A stretch of 64,000 nt of DNA from Phoronis australis. Lineage: Eukaryota > Animalia > Phoronida. Below are positions 25,562 through 44,800 of this stretch, piece by piece. The number at the start of each line of letters is the position of its first letter. The first letter of the stretch is position 1. The notes beneath the pieces are model-generated. The model searched no databases, had not been told where the DNA came from, and saw only the letters and a program-made list of their open reading frames with translations. The DNA is taken from positions 130,198 to 194,197 of the forward strand of contig NMRA01000598.1 in the NCBI GenBank assembly GCA_002633005.1. The letters run 5' to 3'. The translations under genes were made by a program, and so were the position numbers.

Positions 25562-25909
25562 AACGTAAAAAAAAACTAAATTGCATTATTTGAAGTGCGG
25601 GTTCTCTACCACTGAAACGGAAGTCAAACTGCTCACCAGGTATTTTTAATGTTTGTACAGTGCGATGTAGCACTTGTTTCATGGGCTTTCCCAAAAAGAT
25701 TAAATCCACCTTTTTATCTCTATGAGAATCAACAAGTGTTATATCAAGTGCCCAAACAGCGTATCCCTAACTTTTACACGATTTATTAACGAAATGCTAT
25801 GACCAGCTCCTTTAAAGCGGCAAAGAACGTGAAAAAAAGACTAAATTGTATCATTTAAAGTTGTTCTCTGCCGCTGAAACAGAAGTTAGACTGTTCACCA
25901 GATATTTTT
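25562..25909 (+). repeat. Diverged ~85-bp direct duplication (25562-25647 and 25826-25909)
   Basis: aaaactaaattgcattatttgaagtg..ctgaaacggaagtcaaactgctcaccagg versus aagactaaattgtatcatttaaagt..ctgaaacagaagttagactgttcaccaga. Confidence 0.7.
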
Positions 25910-27880
25910 CGTAAAGGTTGATTTCAAAACATTTTCCTTTCTTTTCAGATTTCAAAAAACGACCTACTCGTCCTCGTCACTTAGTCAATTTTCTCTCACA
26001 CGGCAAACACGCCTCCTTATTTGATATGGCAAGACATAGACGTAACACATTTCCCTTATATGAAAAATGTGACCGCTGATCTTTGATGTAAACAAAACAA
26101 TACCGATTTCAAGCATGCTCATTCGATACAAATTTCTTACATTTCCGAATGAGCGGGATTTCAAGCAGCAATTAGTCCGACTTCCTTGATTGCATGCGTG
26201 GATGTATATTATTAAGGGACGGAGGATTTGAAAATTGAGAGCTGCAGAGTTCCATGCTTTAAGGTATACACACTCTTACAAAATCTACAAGTAGCAACAA
26301 GACTTGGTAAACAAATGTCCGGCAGATTGTCACCCACCTTTACAGTTCAACATATTATATAACGTTTGTATTTATCGACATCTGTAGTAGTTTAGTTTGT
26401 CATAGTAATATATGTGACCTTTTATTAGTCGGTGGGCCAGAATTTGTAGGGCCTCTAGAAAATGGTTTTTGTGAGTACTTTAGGGGGGCAATTTTATTTT
26501 GGTGTTTTTTAATTCATTTATTAGAGTGTTTTCAAAATCTAAAAAGTTCCCACATATAAAGTTGCACATTTTTGAAGTTACCTAATAATCACCAAAGAGC
26601 TTAGTAAACTTATATTTGTAAAAACAACAGTTTTGGTGACTTTTTTGTAAAACAAGTAATATGGTCCCATCAGTGCCATTGTATTGAACAATATTACACT
26701 CACATTACATGTTGTATCACTGTAAACTAGCTTCGGTATCGCTTCGCAGTTAGCGCATATAAAAAATATGTGTCGCTGTTTAAGATATTTCGACAACAAA
26801 GACGCCATCTATCGTTCTAGTTTCTGCTGTTTCTATCCAGAGGTTAAAGTTGAAAAGCTTGACCACTTCTTGCCTTCAGTGTTCACAATCTGACGAAGAA
26901 CATACTTGCTGCAATGGGTGCGACTTTTTGGAACTAATCTTGGGGTAGGACACCGGAGTTCATGACGGTGGCGTACCAGCAGCTCGAGTCAATATTTCAC
27001 TGAGTTGCACTCAATTTTTGCATCTAGAATAAGCATTTTGACTTTGCCGGTGCCGTCGCCTTGGGAAAATATCTTTGATATATTCAAATGTCCTTTCGGT
27101 TATTTTTCGTCACTTGGTATTGCTTCGAGTGACCTGGGCTTTTAATGTTCAGCGGTAGGCCTACTCAATAGCTAGTGAAAAGAAATCAGAGAATTCCTGG
27201 GGTTGAACTAGGCTAATCCTCTGCACCTCGGTCGGTGACGTCGGACACAAACGTCAATGAGAAGATGTCTTTAATCTCTGGCAAAATGACATAATGCATA
27301 AATAAAATAAATCGTTGTCTACTAGTAAGTTTTATATTTGTTCACTTCACCGTTATTTATACACTTACGTTTTGTATCGTCATAAAATAGTAGTGTACCT
27401 GAGTCACTGGTATGTAAATTTTGGAATAAACCACAAGCGTAAAATGAAATGAATCCTATCGTCACTTCTAAAACCTCCGAGTGGTAGGTAACCTAACACA
27501 TCATACCGGGTAATCATAATTCCAAATTCCGCCACTACCTATGTGCGACACAATGCAGCATTAGAAGCTAAGTCAATGAGTCCAGAAAAACTTCGACTAA
27601 AGCAGTGTATTTTTTCATTGCATGCGTTAAATTTCACATCTGTAGTTCTACTACTAAAGATTGATATGAATCAAAATACACAGGCAACCCTCGTGGACAT
27701 ATTCATTAATCTCAACACGATCACTAATAATCCGACAACTCTACCAAAATGCATTAAACATTTGTTGACTATGATCGTGGATGCCTTTTATTATCAAGTT
27801 CAGCATCTGAATTTCAGCGTTTATTTGGTTCGAAAATCACAAAACCTGTTTTGTACACGTACAATCACAATCCTGCGTAT

Positions 27881-33517
<5,637 letters not shown>

Positions 33518-33617
33518 CGTCCTGAAAGATCTGAAACGAGAATATATTTGTATGAAATCTATTTGTAATTGTGTACTAAAGCACAATCTTTGTCTTTGAT
33601 TAAGATTTAAGCGCTAC

Positions 33618-33740
33618 CTTTCTTGTAAAACTCCCAAATATGGCAATCGCTTGTTGCTGTCATTAAAGGATGGCTGTTACTGCGGTAAATGAGGGAATAG
33701 TCCAGTTAATATAAGAGGTCATGGGATTTGGCAAGTGTTT
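33618..33740 (-). promoter_or_regulatory. Copy A core promoter and first (5'UTR) exon
   Basis: TATATTAA ~32 nt upstream of an Inr-like GCAGT (~33681); donor AAG|gtagc at 33618; AGGTCA (33716-33721) and TTGGCA. All are conserved in copies B and C. Confidence 0.6.
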
Positions 33741-34752
33741 ATGAAATCGATAGCAAAGTGTCAAGGTTTATTCTAATAAAAGGTAAATTTTTACATGCTC
33801 CTGTGATTACGAGTAACCTCCACTATCACCTGGGAATGTGTCAAATTAACGGATAAAAATGTGTACGTGAGAGTCGCAATGTCAACAACATTTATCTCTT
33901 GTACCACTTGAGTTAGGGCAACAATGTTGTTTGTTAAGCTGAGACAGAAAACGAAAATTGGATGATAAAAGCGAAAATCGTCTCATGTCAGTAAAATTCA
34001 GACTCCAATTGTTATGATATTTTAAGTCTTAATTTTACTATTTATTCCTTTAGGGCTAATCAACAATACCAATACTGACACTGTGTTGAACTTGTTGAGA
34101 ACATGGTCGCGATCTCGATAATTTACTGACAACATCGGCACTTAAGTTACCTATTTTCGTCAGGCTCCAAAGTTCGTCCGCCATCTTGTTTCGCGTGCAG
34201 CGCAACCACGCGGGACTTAGCGTTCCAATTTGGAGTGCTCGTCTGCACGTTAGGTACTAACTTATCGGAAGAGACACGTATCAAAGTAATGAGACAAAAA
34301 TCGGTGAGTTTACCGATTGTTTTTTTAAAACCACTTAAAAATCAGTAGATTTTACTAATACACTTTTTTGTGCGTTTTCAGAAGATGTTTTCGAATTTAA
34401 ATTTTCTTCCGACGGGACACAAAACATGATCCAGGGTTTGTTTATGCAATGTATCTGTTTGTCCCAGGCACTAGTAGGATCTAGAAGGCCAAAGGAAAAA
34501 TCCGCAGACAAATGCGATACGCTGGGTTCTTAACATTTTTGCCTCACGNTACTAACAGTTAAGTTTAACTGATATGAGAGTGTGTGTTAGTATCTTGCAT
34601 GTATGAATGTTGTGGTAACGTCATCTAGTGTTCAGGAAGGTAAACAGGCAGAGTAAAATCTGCGAAATACGAGGGAAAATCACGTCATGACATATTGTTC
34701 TACATTAGAAACATGAAAAAAATTCTTTGATTTCTGTAAGTAAACGATGCAG

Positions 34753-37700
34753 GAGGAAGATATGATTGAAATAGAAGAGTTAGGGAAAATCTTGAGAGGA
34801 AAGTTTGATGAGATTGCTTCTCGTATGATGTAAGTTATGAGAGTATATGGTATTTTAATTATACGCAGTTTGTTCGCTAGATCATTATATTGATCGGTTT
34901 ACTCGAAAAATTTATCTATATCAGTCTTAAGCATTACTCTTGTCATTGCATAATAATTTGCTTGAGGCCTCTATAGATGTTACAAGCCTGTAGTTTTACC
35001 AACCATTTTATGATATTACTGTCAGTTAATTGGAGCTACAGCTCCCATAAAAACCGTCATACTTATCGATTGTCAAAATTGTACCACAAGTACATCATCC
35101 TTTCTTGAGCGCAAGGTTTATCCTTCTTTTTGTCAACACTAACCTAACTTACAATAAAAGATGACCAGTGTATCAACAGCATAGAATACATAGCGCTAGG
35201 AAATGGTCGGAGGTGATAAAATCAAATCATCATTTTGTGTTTTCTTCATCCTTATCCTCGTTATTCCCGTCCTTATACCATTCATCTTCATCTTCATCTT
35301 TATCATCATCATCTTCCTCTTGTTTTCTCCTTCTAGTTATTCTTATCTTCGTTCCCCTCCTCCAATTACCAAACGATTCCCATCATCATCGCCACAACCG
35401 TCTTTCCTTTTAGCCAACTTCACCAAGAGTATCATTTTAGTCTTCTTTCATCAGATTTTATCCGTTACAGCCTATTACCACCAAGGACCTTTTGATTTTC
35501 GATAGGTTTTTGGAGGTACTGAAGGACGCATTACAGCTTTAAAAGCACTTGCCGAAAAGCTCTTTGGTATGCAGCTAGAATTAGCCGCAGCCAGAATCTT
35601 TGGTCTGCAGAACCACCTACCATCAATCGTAAAAGATGTCTTTTAAGCCTCTTCTTAAAATTAAGAAGAAGCTTAAAAGCCTCTTGACCAAGGACATGAA
35701 ATACAGTTCTGTGGCCCATCAGTGGAGTAGCGATTAAACACTGGATTCAATTGTTTGTAACCTTGACAGGTAAAATAGGACGTGAAATGTTAACTTTGTG
35801 CATACTATATGCACAGGCCAAGTGTCCGTACTCAGACGTCAGCCATCATCGTAAAGATCGCAATTGTAGTTCTCATAGGTAGTTTTCTCCGTAGTTCAAG
35901 TGAAATACACTTGATTGTGCTGCTGTTGGATACCGGAAACATGCTTACATGTATACATTTTTCGCAGACGGAATCGAAGGCAGACCTAGGCCCGAAACCA
36001 CCAAACTACTCGAAAAGTGATTTGATAATTAACAAAACCCACCTCTTGAAATTTAAATTGGTCAGTTTTTGAGGCTGTTGCGGATTTTTCAAAAATTAGA
36101 CATCAAAACTCCAAAACTCGGTCATTTTAATTAATAAAATTGACGTCAAAGCTTCCTCTACCATGATTAACCTTTATTTCCGTGACTACAAAAAAATTTC
36201 AACCAACAATTAAAATGCTCGGGAAAAAACGCCTCGACAGGTCTTCTAAATTAACTTACCTGATTCATCAAAGGTTGTATCACAATTCTGATTGAATATT
36301 GTTATCCAGGCAAAGATTTCGTTTTCTTTCAGTTTGACTGGCGTAGCATATTTTCTTGATTTCTCACTAAGTGATGAAAGGTAAATAGGTGCCACTTTGA
36401 TTATCATAGGTTGTAGGTCACCCTACTGACAGATACCAATAGCTCGAGAGCTACAGCTAAACTGCACACCGCCATTGAATTTTACGTTTAAATTGAATTG
36501 GAAATGTATTGAAAGACTGGTCTACCCGGATTGAAGCCAATAAAATGTTACAGGGGCATCCAGGTGAAAATGTTCAAACACTTTCACTAATACAAGAAAA
36601 AATGCAAAACACGAGCTCTTATTCACACCTGATCTATTCTCACCCAACAAGGAAATCGCACACTTGGCCACTTTCATGTATAACATCAAAAAATAAAGTC
36701 ACTTAATTAAGGTCTCATTTAAAATGTGCAAACTAAATGGAACTGGGGTCATGCCGGGGTAGACTTCGGTAGCTGTCTTGCGGATAGAAAAATCCAAGCA
36801 ACATCACGTGACGTTCTCATTTAAAGTACATGACGATATCTCGGGTAATCTCGCAGTCTTTCTTTTCTGTCGATTTCCTACGAGGTCCTAGCGTTATTGA
36901 ACGCTATCCAGCCTTTATTTAGTAGTTAAACTGACAGAAATCCAGCTGCGGAAAATACATGCCTACCATTGTTGTGAAAATAGTTCCTCGTTTCTAAACA
37001 CTCGTCCAGTTGGTTCAGATCATGCGTCGACTTACAAACACGATTCACCAGCCACTGAACTCGTTCATGGACTCACGGGGCACGGCTTACACCCCTTTTC
37101 CCCAAATCATAGACTATCCAATCAAAAACATGGTTCATCTACTACATGGAATCACCGAACGCGGTACACGACCGAGGGACCTGTTTCTCTAGGAGAGACT
37201 ATTGGCTTTCTTTTTTTGGCTAAAATCAGTCTACCGATGTCTCGGTTTGTTTCTAAGTCAGAAAATCTGTCATCGATTCGAAGTCAAAAGACAGGAGAGA
37301 AACGCATAATTCATTTGATTGTTCGTTGTCGAATTTTTGACTTTTGGGTTTTGTCAAACGTCCGAGCACGTCCTAAGCGGGGATCTTTGTTTGTGACTCG
37401 GTGAGCTGTATGTTTTGGTTATTAGTCATCTATGCGTCTTTGCCATTCGTATTGCAGTATTATGAGACGGCTGACACGACTTTGTGAGTCGGTGAACTGA
37501 ACTCGCTGAGCTCCAGAGCTGTGTTTTGAACTACATGTATGTTCATGGGTATATCAAAACGCGTTGTATGCAGTCTTTAACACTACTACAAGGCGAATGA
37601 CAGAGAAATAAATTACACACATAGAATTAGCCAAGGTCTTTACTCTTGTAAACTTTCCTCTGAATTGTTGAAATTCAATAATCGTGACTGCATGGCTAAT

Positions 37701-39150
37701 GTAATAACGCATTTGTATTGGTTGTTACAATGAATACGAAAATGTTTTTCTTTAAAGAAGCTCTCCAATTTTGTATTACATTATCAGCATCCCGTCTGTG
37801 AATGTAATCTACTCCAGACTTGAGCTTCACCTCACTGAATGTCTTTTCAACAGGATCTTTGCAATCACTTTGTTGGTCTTGATGTCTATCAGAAGACACT
37901 CATTGAAGCGCTGGACGAAACGACGAGTGATGTAAAGCAGCTGTCTAGCCTTATGTAAGTTTGTTGAAGTCGAATTCACATCTTATATTGGTTTTGTAAA
38001 ATACATTCGATACATTAACCTTCAAGAAAAGTAGTTAAGGTTATTCGGCGAGCTGTCACTGATTACATTTGAAGAAATATTGTCATCAAATCAGAACATA
38101 CTCATAAAATGGGAGTTTGTTTTTGGTGAACATGCCTATTTCATTTGTAATGGTCTTTGCTCATATCAAGTGTCTGTAAGCAGATATGTCCTTTACTAGC
38201 CAATGTGACAGAAAACGGCTGTTGCAGTTGGGGACGGGCCGGGTCCGGGTGATCTCCGCTCCTGCCAGCAATGTTAAAGGTGTCGTACTCGATTTTCCCG
38301 TAATTGCCTGCCTTGGCAAATCTTCATTTGTCGATTTGGCAATGGTTTAGGTAGAGAATAAGCAAGAAAACTAGAAAGAAACGACTTTGCGTCGGTATCC
38401 ACCGACTTCGAAACAGAACAATTGATGAGAGATGCTGGCCTGCCTGCCAAGAATATACTTGCGAACTTGAACTTACAGTTGCATGCCATTTTGGAAGAAA
38501 CTGTAGATGGCATAGTTGTAGAACAAGAGACTGGTGGGAAAGACGAGAGTGCCTTTGAGGTTTCAAGTGACACTGCTATAAGTGTAGCTTCCACCAATGT
38601 CACGGCCACCGCGGCCGCCGCTTTCGCCGTCACTACATCTGCTACAGGTACTCGCGATGATGGCATCGCTACTGTAGGCATCGTCAGTGTTGCTAACGGA
38701 TACAAGGATGACGGAGGAGACAAAACGCCTGAAGAATGAATATGCTATCGACGATTTAACGTTTCAGGGTGAAATTGCACCAGGCAGCAGCTACCACGTC
38801 CGGGTGAAGGATGACAAGGTCACGAAAAATTCAACGTACGAGTGAGAATACAAGGATTTTGATGAATCACAGACAGGCGATGGGGAATCAAGAAGTGGGT
38901 ACGAAGAATTCTTTAACACAACCTCGGTTATGGATGGATCATGCTGTGACCGGGAAACAGCCTAGGTTTTGGAAGAACACCGGCCCGATGCTCAGACACT
39001 CCTAGTCATGGAATCCTCTGTAGGTGGCCTGAGGAGGTCTTAACTCATAATCAGACAATCTCGGTTTCAGGAACGCCAGAGAATGACGTATACGAAGCTT
39101 GCATCACGATAGGCGAACTAATGGCAAAAACAAAAGATGTCGATTAGAGA
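34753..39150 (+). pseudogene. Possible decayed multi-exon gene of unknown family
   Basis: Exon-like open segments with splice sites: 34753-34829 (EEDMIEIEELGKILRGKFDEIASRM), 37854-37954 (DLCNHFVGLDVYQKTLIEALDETTSDVKQLSSL), and from 38269 a long acidic/Ala-Thr-rich coding-like tract broken by stops and frameshifts. No family recognised. Confidence 0.35.
35225..35400 (+). repeat. Degenerate (TCA/TCT)n low-complexity tract
   Basis: tcatcttcatcttcatctttatcatcatcatcttcc... Confidence 0.75.
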
Positions 39151-39338
39151 ACAGACTTTGGATTTCAGAGATTCAAAATCTCTCGGTTATGAAAGCCTCA
39201 GGTTGGGATAAACCTAGAAACTTGGCATAAAAAAGGTAGAGAATGACTTGAAAAAAGTTTAACCACGATATGGACCTAATAGTAAATGTCGATAAGAGAA
39301 ATTTTCTATTTAAAATTTCGGATTGTATTGAAATTTAA

Positions 39339-39598
39339 GGTTATGTAGAACCTAACAAACAAATGTTCAAGATCTCAAAAGCGCTGCTGTAGGTTACATT
39401 TCATTTCGTTTTGTGAAACTTTGGAATTTTTTATCAAAACCATCAAAGTAATCTTTTTTGATTGCCCATTATGCAAAAAGTGGAACAATCTAAGAACAAG
39501 TCCTAACATCGTTTTTAGAGTAGTGCATAGTATTATCTGAAAGTTTATTGTGAATCCTTTCAGCCAAATTTGAAAATTTTCTTGGTTCCTACATAACC
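39339..39598. mobile_element. TTAA-targeting (Kolobok-like) MITE; related copy begins at ~58682
   Basis: ttaa|ggttatgtagaacc ... ggttcctacataacc|tgaa. Internal sequence (acgaaatgaaat, aaactttcag) is shared in inverted orientation with 58682-58880. Confidence 0.65.
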
Positions 39599-39949
39599 TG
39601 AATTCAAGTAAATATTGACCTGTCAATTGTATTGTTTATTTGAATATTGATTTTCAAATTTGGAAATGCTTTTCTTTCCACCTTAGAAGAAAAGTTGAAC
39701 AAGTAACACGCACAATAGATGAAATGTGGATGATCTACGAATTTTTTAGCTCCACAATGTGCGCAGGTGAGTTCTGTACTGTTTGGATTCGCCATGAGCA
39801 GTAAATCTATACATTTTGCTCAACTGAGCTTAAGATATTACGCAAAATAAAAATAATTGGCTTTTAAATAGAAAAAAGACCCTAATGATAATGGAAACAA
39901 TACTATCAAGTATTACACGCTTCTCGAGTAACTGTTATCAAAATAGCGA

Positions 39950-40110
39950 ATTGTACCGTCCCAAACTGGCACGCCGTCCCAAATTGTCACATCAAAATTG
40001 TGACAATTTGGTTCAAGCCCAAATTGTGCCCAAATTGTCAGAACAATTTTTGTGTGTATAGTGCAGGCCCAAATTGTCACAACGCTCCAAACTGTGACAA
40101 TAACTTACAA
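39950..40110. repeat. Cluster of direct and inverted ccaaattgtcac motifs (probable transposon subterminal repeats)
   Basis: About seven copies of ccaaa(t/c)tgt(c/g)ac-like motifs in both orientations. Confidence 0.6.
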
Positions 40111-40527
40111 TGTGTCAAAGGAATATACTTGCTATGAAGCTTAAATGTTCCGCCAAAAAGCGCGCTTTAAAAATTACAGAATGAAGTGACTTTTTGTTTC
40201 GAAACTATATCTACTGATTTTGCAGTTGTAGTGGTTCACAGGTGTATATGGGGCAGTCGCCAGGTTCAAGCGTGTACATGCATAGACCGTTAAACCCGGG
40301 CTGTGGACCATGTTTGTACATGCCGAGGGACCCACACAAGTCAAAAACCTTATCACGCACACAGAACTCTCATCATAGACAAGCACCCTTACCACGGACA
40401 ATTCCAGAGCAAGTGACCGAAGTGCGAGACCGAGTTTCTATAGGGTCACGTACCCTGACGATCAGTTAACACTACCTGATCTGTTCGGGGTACCAGTGCC
40501 CGTTTATTCGTGGCTTGAGTTCTGCCT

Positions 40528-40680
40528 CCCGTTCAGTAACGCTTGGACCTCGCTAAAAAGCAAGACTTCGCGAGATTACGTGAGATGTTGCCGTGTATTT
40601 TAAATGAGAGCACGTGACTATGATTAGGTTTTAGCTAGGTCCTAGCGTAGGTCCTAAGCGTCTACTGAACGCACGCCTGG
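40528..40680. mobile_element. Degenerate MITE (truncated inverted relative at ~36800-36910)
   Basis: TIR-like gttcagtaacgcttggacct / aggtcctaagcgtctactgaac; internal gcgagattac..tttaaatgaga is shared with 36803-36862. Confidence 0.55.
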
Positions 40681-41861
40681 TTTCGAGGTAAGAGAGTTTT
40701 GTGCGTGATAAGAGTTTTTTGGCTTGTGTGGCATAGATGGGTGATCCTTGAAAGTTGTGTATTACATTGCTACATACTGTCGTAGACAACCTGAGTCTTC
40801 AAGTATAATCCTGACTAGCTTAGTTTACCACTCGACACACTACAAGCGAAAGACAAACGTCTATTGCAACATGACAGCATATTATTAGCAGTGCGCTGCA
40901 CGGACTCGGGCTAACTCTCACCGACATTTTCAGACAACCAACTAGTACAGTTGCTGAGGGCCAGTTGCGGTATACAAGGGACACGAGACGGAAAGTGGGA
41001 GAAAATCATTTTAACAGCAAGAATATACATACATACACACTGGAAAATTGGAAATTTCGACTTGAGTTAGGGATCCAAAACTTTGTATAGGCCTGCACGA
41101 TTTTATTGCAAAAACATGCAGCACTGCTGTAGGATTTTGGAAAAAAACCTCATCTAATTGCATATTTGCTGGTGTTCCTATGCAGAGGTTAAAGGAAATG
41201 TGGGCTGCAATGGATAAGACGTTTTGAGACTAACGTCGGGGGTATCGTAGGAGACAGGAGTTGGCAGTGTCGCACGGCCAGCTCGAGTGAATATTTCAAT
41301 TGCCCTTTGACTTTTGATCTAGGATGAACAATTTGGCTTGGTGGTATCAACTTGTCAATATATCTGTGATAGGGCCTATATCAAAGCATCGTCTCGGGTT
41401 AGTGAACTGAACTTGTGGCGTCTGTGGAGGATATTGCTATCGTCTCGATAGTACATGATTTCATGGCTAGCTAGTGTAAAGTAACTCTGAGAATTCTTCG
41501 GGGCTGAACATAATCCTCAGCACCTCAGTCTGTGACACAAACGTCAATGAGAAGACGTCTGTAATCTCTGTCAAAATGACATTATGCATTAATAAAAGAA
41601 CTCGTTGCCTAATATCGAATTTTATATTTTCTCAACTCACCGTTATACCCTTGCGTTTTTGCATCGTCACAAAATAACAGTCTGAATTACAAAGCAACTG
41701 AGTTACTGGTATTAAAGTTTTACAATAAACCACAAGCGTAGAGCGAAATCAGTCGTATCTGCATTTCAAAAAATTTCGAATGATTTCTAGTACTTAGTAT
41801 CTTAACACAGTGTTATCATAATTCCAAAATGTATTGACTACCGTGAATCCGATGCCACATT

Positions 41862-44800
41862 TCAGACAGCGCATCTCACAGCAACGGGGTGTTCACACTG
41901 ACACGACTTGGTGCTGAATAGCGCACCTATTGGGCAGTTTTGAGTGGTGGCAGTATGTCCGTCCACGGATTGTTGGAATGTGGAGCAGCCGCTGTTCGGG
42001 ATGTAGTGGTTCGAAATGCCATTTATCGTCTGATTACAGTAGAGAGAGTCCATATCTGGAATTGAAAAGCATTTCACAGCAACGGGGTGCTCACACTGAC
42101 ACGACTTGGTGCTAAAGAGCAGGCCTGCAGAGCAGTTTTGAGTGGTACCAGTCCCTTCGGTTACGGAATGTTGGAATGTTGAGCAGCCACTGTTCGGGAC
42201 GTAGTGGTTTGACACGCCATTTATCGTCCGGTCACAGTAGAGAGGGTCCATAGATGGAGTTGAAAAGCATTTCACAGCAGCGAGGTGTTCACACTGACAC
42301 GACTTGGTGCTGAATAGCAGGCCTGTAGAGCAGTTTTGAGTGGTGGCAGTGCCTCCGTCCACGGAATGTTGGAATGTTGAGCAGCCGCTGTTCGGAACGT
42401 AGTGGTTTGAAACAGTATTTATCGTCCGATTGCAGTAGAGAGGGTCCACACCTGGAATTGAAAAGCATTTCACATCGACGGGTTGTTCACACCGACACGA
42501 CTTTGTGCTGAATAGCAGGCCTGTAGAGCAGCTTTGAGTAGTCACCGTGGCATTCTGTCCGGCCACCGATTGTTGGAGTGTTGAGCAGCCGCTGTTCGGG
42601 ACGTAATGGTTTGGATTGCCGTTTATCGTCTTGTTACAGTACAGAGGGTCTAAAGAAGACAAAACAGACATTCGAGATTATTTCCCTCTCTTTTTTTTAA
42701 TTAAAGCGGCTACGAACGCGCATTGCGTCACAAAAAGAACTTGATTTAGTCCTCTTACGGTTATGAAACTAGTCTTAAATTGTTTACTAGTAAAAAGATG
42801 CGATTTCTGGTTTTGAAGAGAACTGTTCGTTATTCGTTCAGACCAGGCCGCTCCATGGGATGCATGGGATTTTCCGTAAAGTGGTCATTATTTGTTTTCC
42901 GTTTCCGTGTTCAAGTTTCCCCTTGTCTATCACCCTCGAATCGCCATCAAGTATCTTGCCAGTATTACAAATCACAGTTTTGCTCTACGAATCAGTACAT
43001 GCTCCACAAGTCAACACTTATCTTTGATGCCCTCGCTTACCTACCTTACAGGTAGTCGTTTTCATTGTGTTTTTAGTTAATGTGTTTTTATATGAATGTG
43101 AACTCGCTTTCAAAATTTACTTCAATCAAGTTTTGCATTAAAAATACTTGCAAATTTTGCACATGCACTGTTTGTTTGCATTAAAGTTGGACCCGATACT
43201 GCTCACATTCAATCGACAGCAAATTATCTAACAAAAATAAAAGATTTTTGAAACACCAAAAGGTATTCACACACACGGAAATCAGAGGATTATGAGGACC
43301 TTGCTCTCAGCGAAGATTTGATTAGATTTTGGTCTAAAGAATATCATTTAAGTCAAGTGGAAGGCTGATGCTTATGGCCAGGCTATGATACTGAAAGTGT
43401 TGGATTCCCGAAAAAGTTTGCATATTTTTTGTATTACTCCGGAGTTCCTTACGTACCCGGACATCCTCTTGCATTATATTGCACTGTCTGTTTAGCCTGC
43501 CACGACACGTTGCTTCTCCGTTGAGAGAAGAAGGATTTATTCAGGTACGGCATGAAGGCCGTTCCGTCCAGACAAACCAACCGCCGTTAATTTTGGGAGA
43601 GAGTATCTCACTACGTCCTAGCCCTTGATAAAAATGCATGAGAACCTCATAGAAACAGGCAACATAGGTAAACAATCAAGCTCAGCCAATTCCCATTCGT
43701 TTCTTCCCCTTTTTAAGATTGTAATGATTACTGGCTTGGTGAAACAGGACTACAGTCTGGTTTCAAAATATAGTGATTTTATTATGGGTACACTTGTGTC
43801 AATATAAGGTTACAGCCGTTTTCAATGGTCGCCTTGAGTTTCCCCATTTGCCAGCCTTTTTGTTCATATGTTAATTAGTAAATTGAAAACATTGTGTTGC
43901 CATGGGCATATCCAGGATCAGTATGAATAGTCTCGAGCTAAATATGACGTGAGGCCAACATGCAAAAAACCTATTTACTTGACATGTAAATGAGCATACT
44001 AAACGAGAACGGATGACCGACTTTCTATGCTACCTAGCTAAATCAGCCATATTCGAGTAGACTTAGAGAGAAATCTTAGGGCGAGGGATGACAACTTTCC
44101 AAAACCTCAAATCCCACTACTGAAAGTTTTCAGTTTACCTGGGCACCTTCGTAAATTGCACGGCGTAGTCTCTCGTTCCTGTCCTTGACAAAATCCACCG
44201 TTGAGAGGAGCGGGATTGTTGCATGTCCTTGTCCGGGTTTGTATACCTCCGCCGCAGGTCACGTTGCAGGAAGTCCATGAGCTCCAAGTGGACCATCTTC
44301 CATTCACTGAGTTAGATACAAGATTACTGGCCCATTTAATCGAAGGTAGTAAGTCCGGTTGTAGCTGACACAGCAGTTGGAATTTCTTTCTAATGGCGAA
44401 GTCATATTAAGATAAATGGCCATGCTTGATATTTTGTTGAAAAAACACTACTGAATTTATTCTACTCAACTGGGGTCTCGTTTAATCAAAGGTCAGAAGT
44501 ACGGTTGTAGCTTAGACGATCGTTCTCACGTTATTGCAAAGGGGAACCTTCCTTTTAAGAAGAGCGAAGACGTTCTTACTGACGTAAACATGGTCAATTT
44601 TCATACTCGGACTTAGCGACAGCTTTCACTGGCCACATTAATGAACTGCGTGGAAATCAAAATGAAAGTTATGACCGTCTTAGCTAAGACAGAACTTATG
44701 GATTTGATAAACAGACCCCAATGATTGTTGCAAATTTTAAAACAGGTGCTCTTTAAACTCAAAGAGAGCAGTACAATATTTCAAGTTTGTGTACTTAGAA

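Noticed and set aside
35168-35505. Hydrophobic and Ser-rich ORFs
   Set aside because: Translations of a (TCA/TCT)n low-complexity tract.
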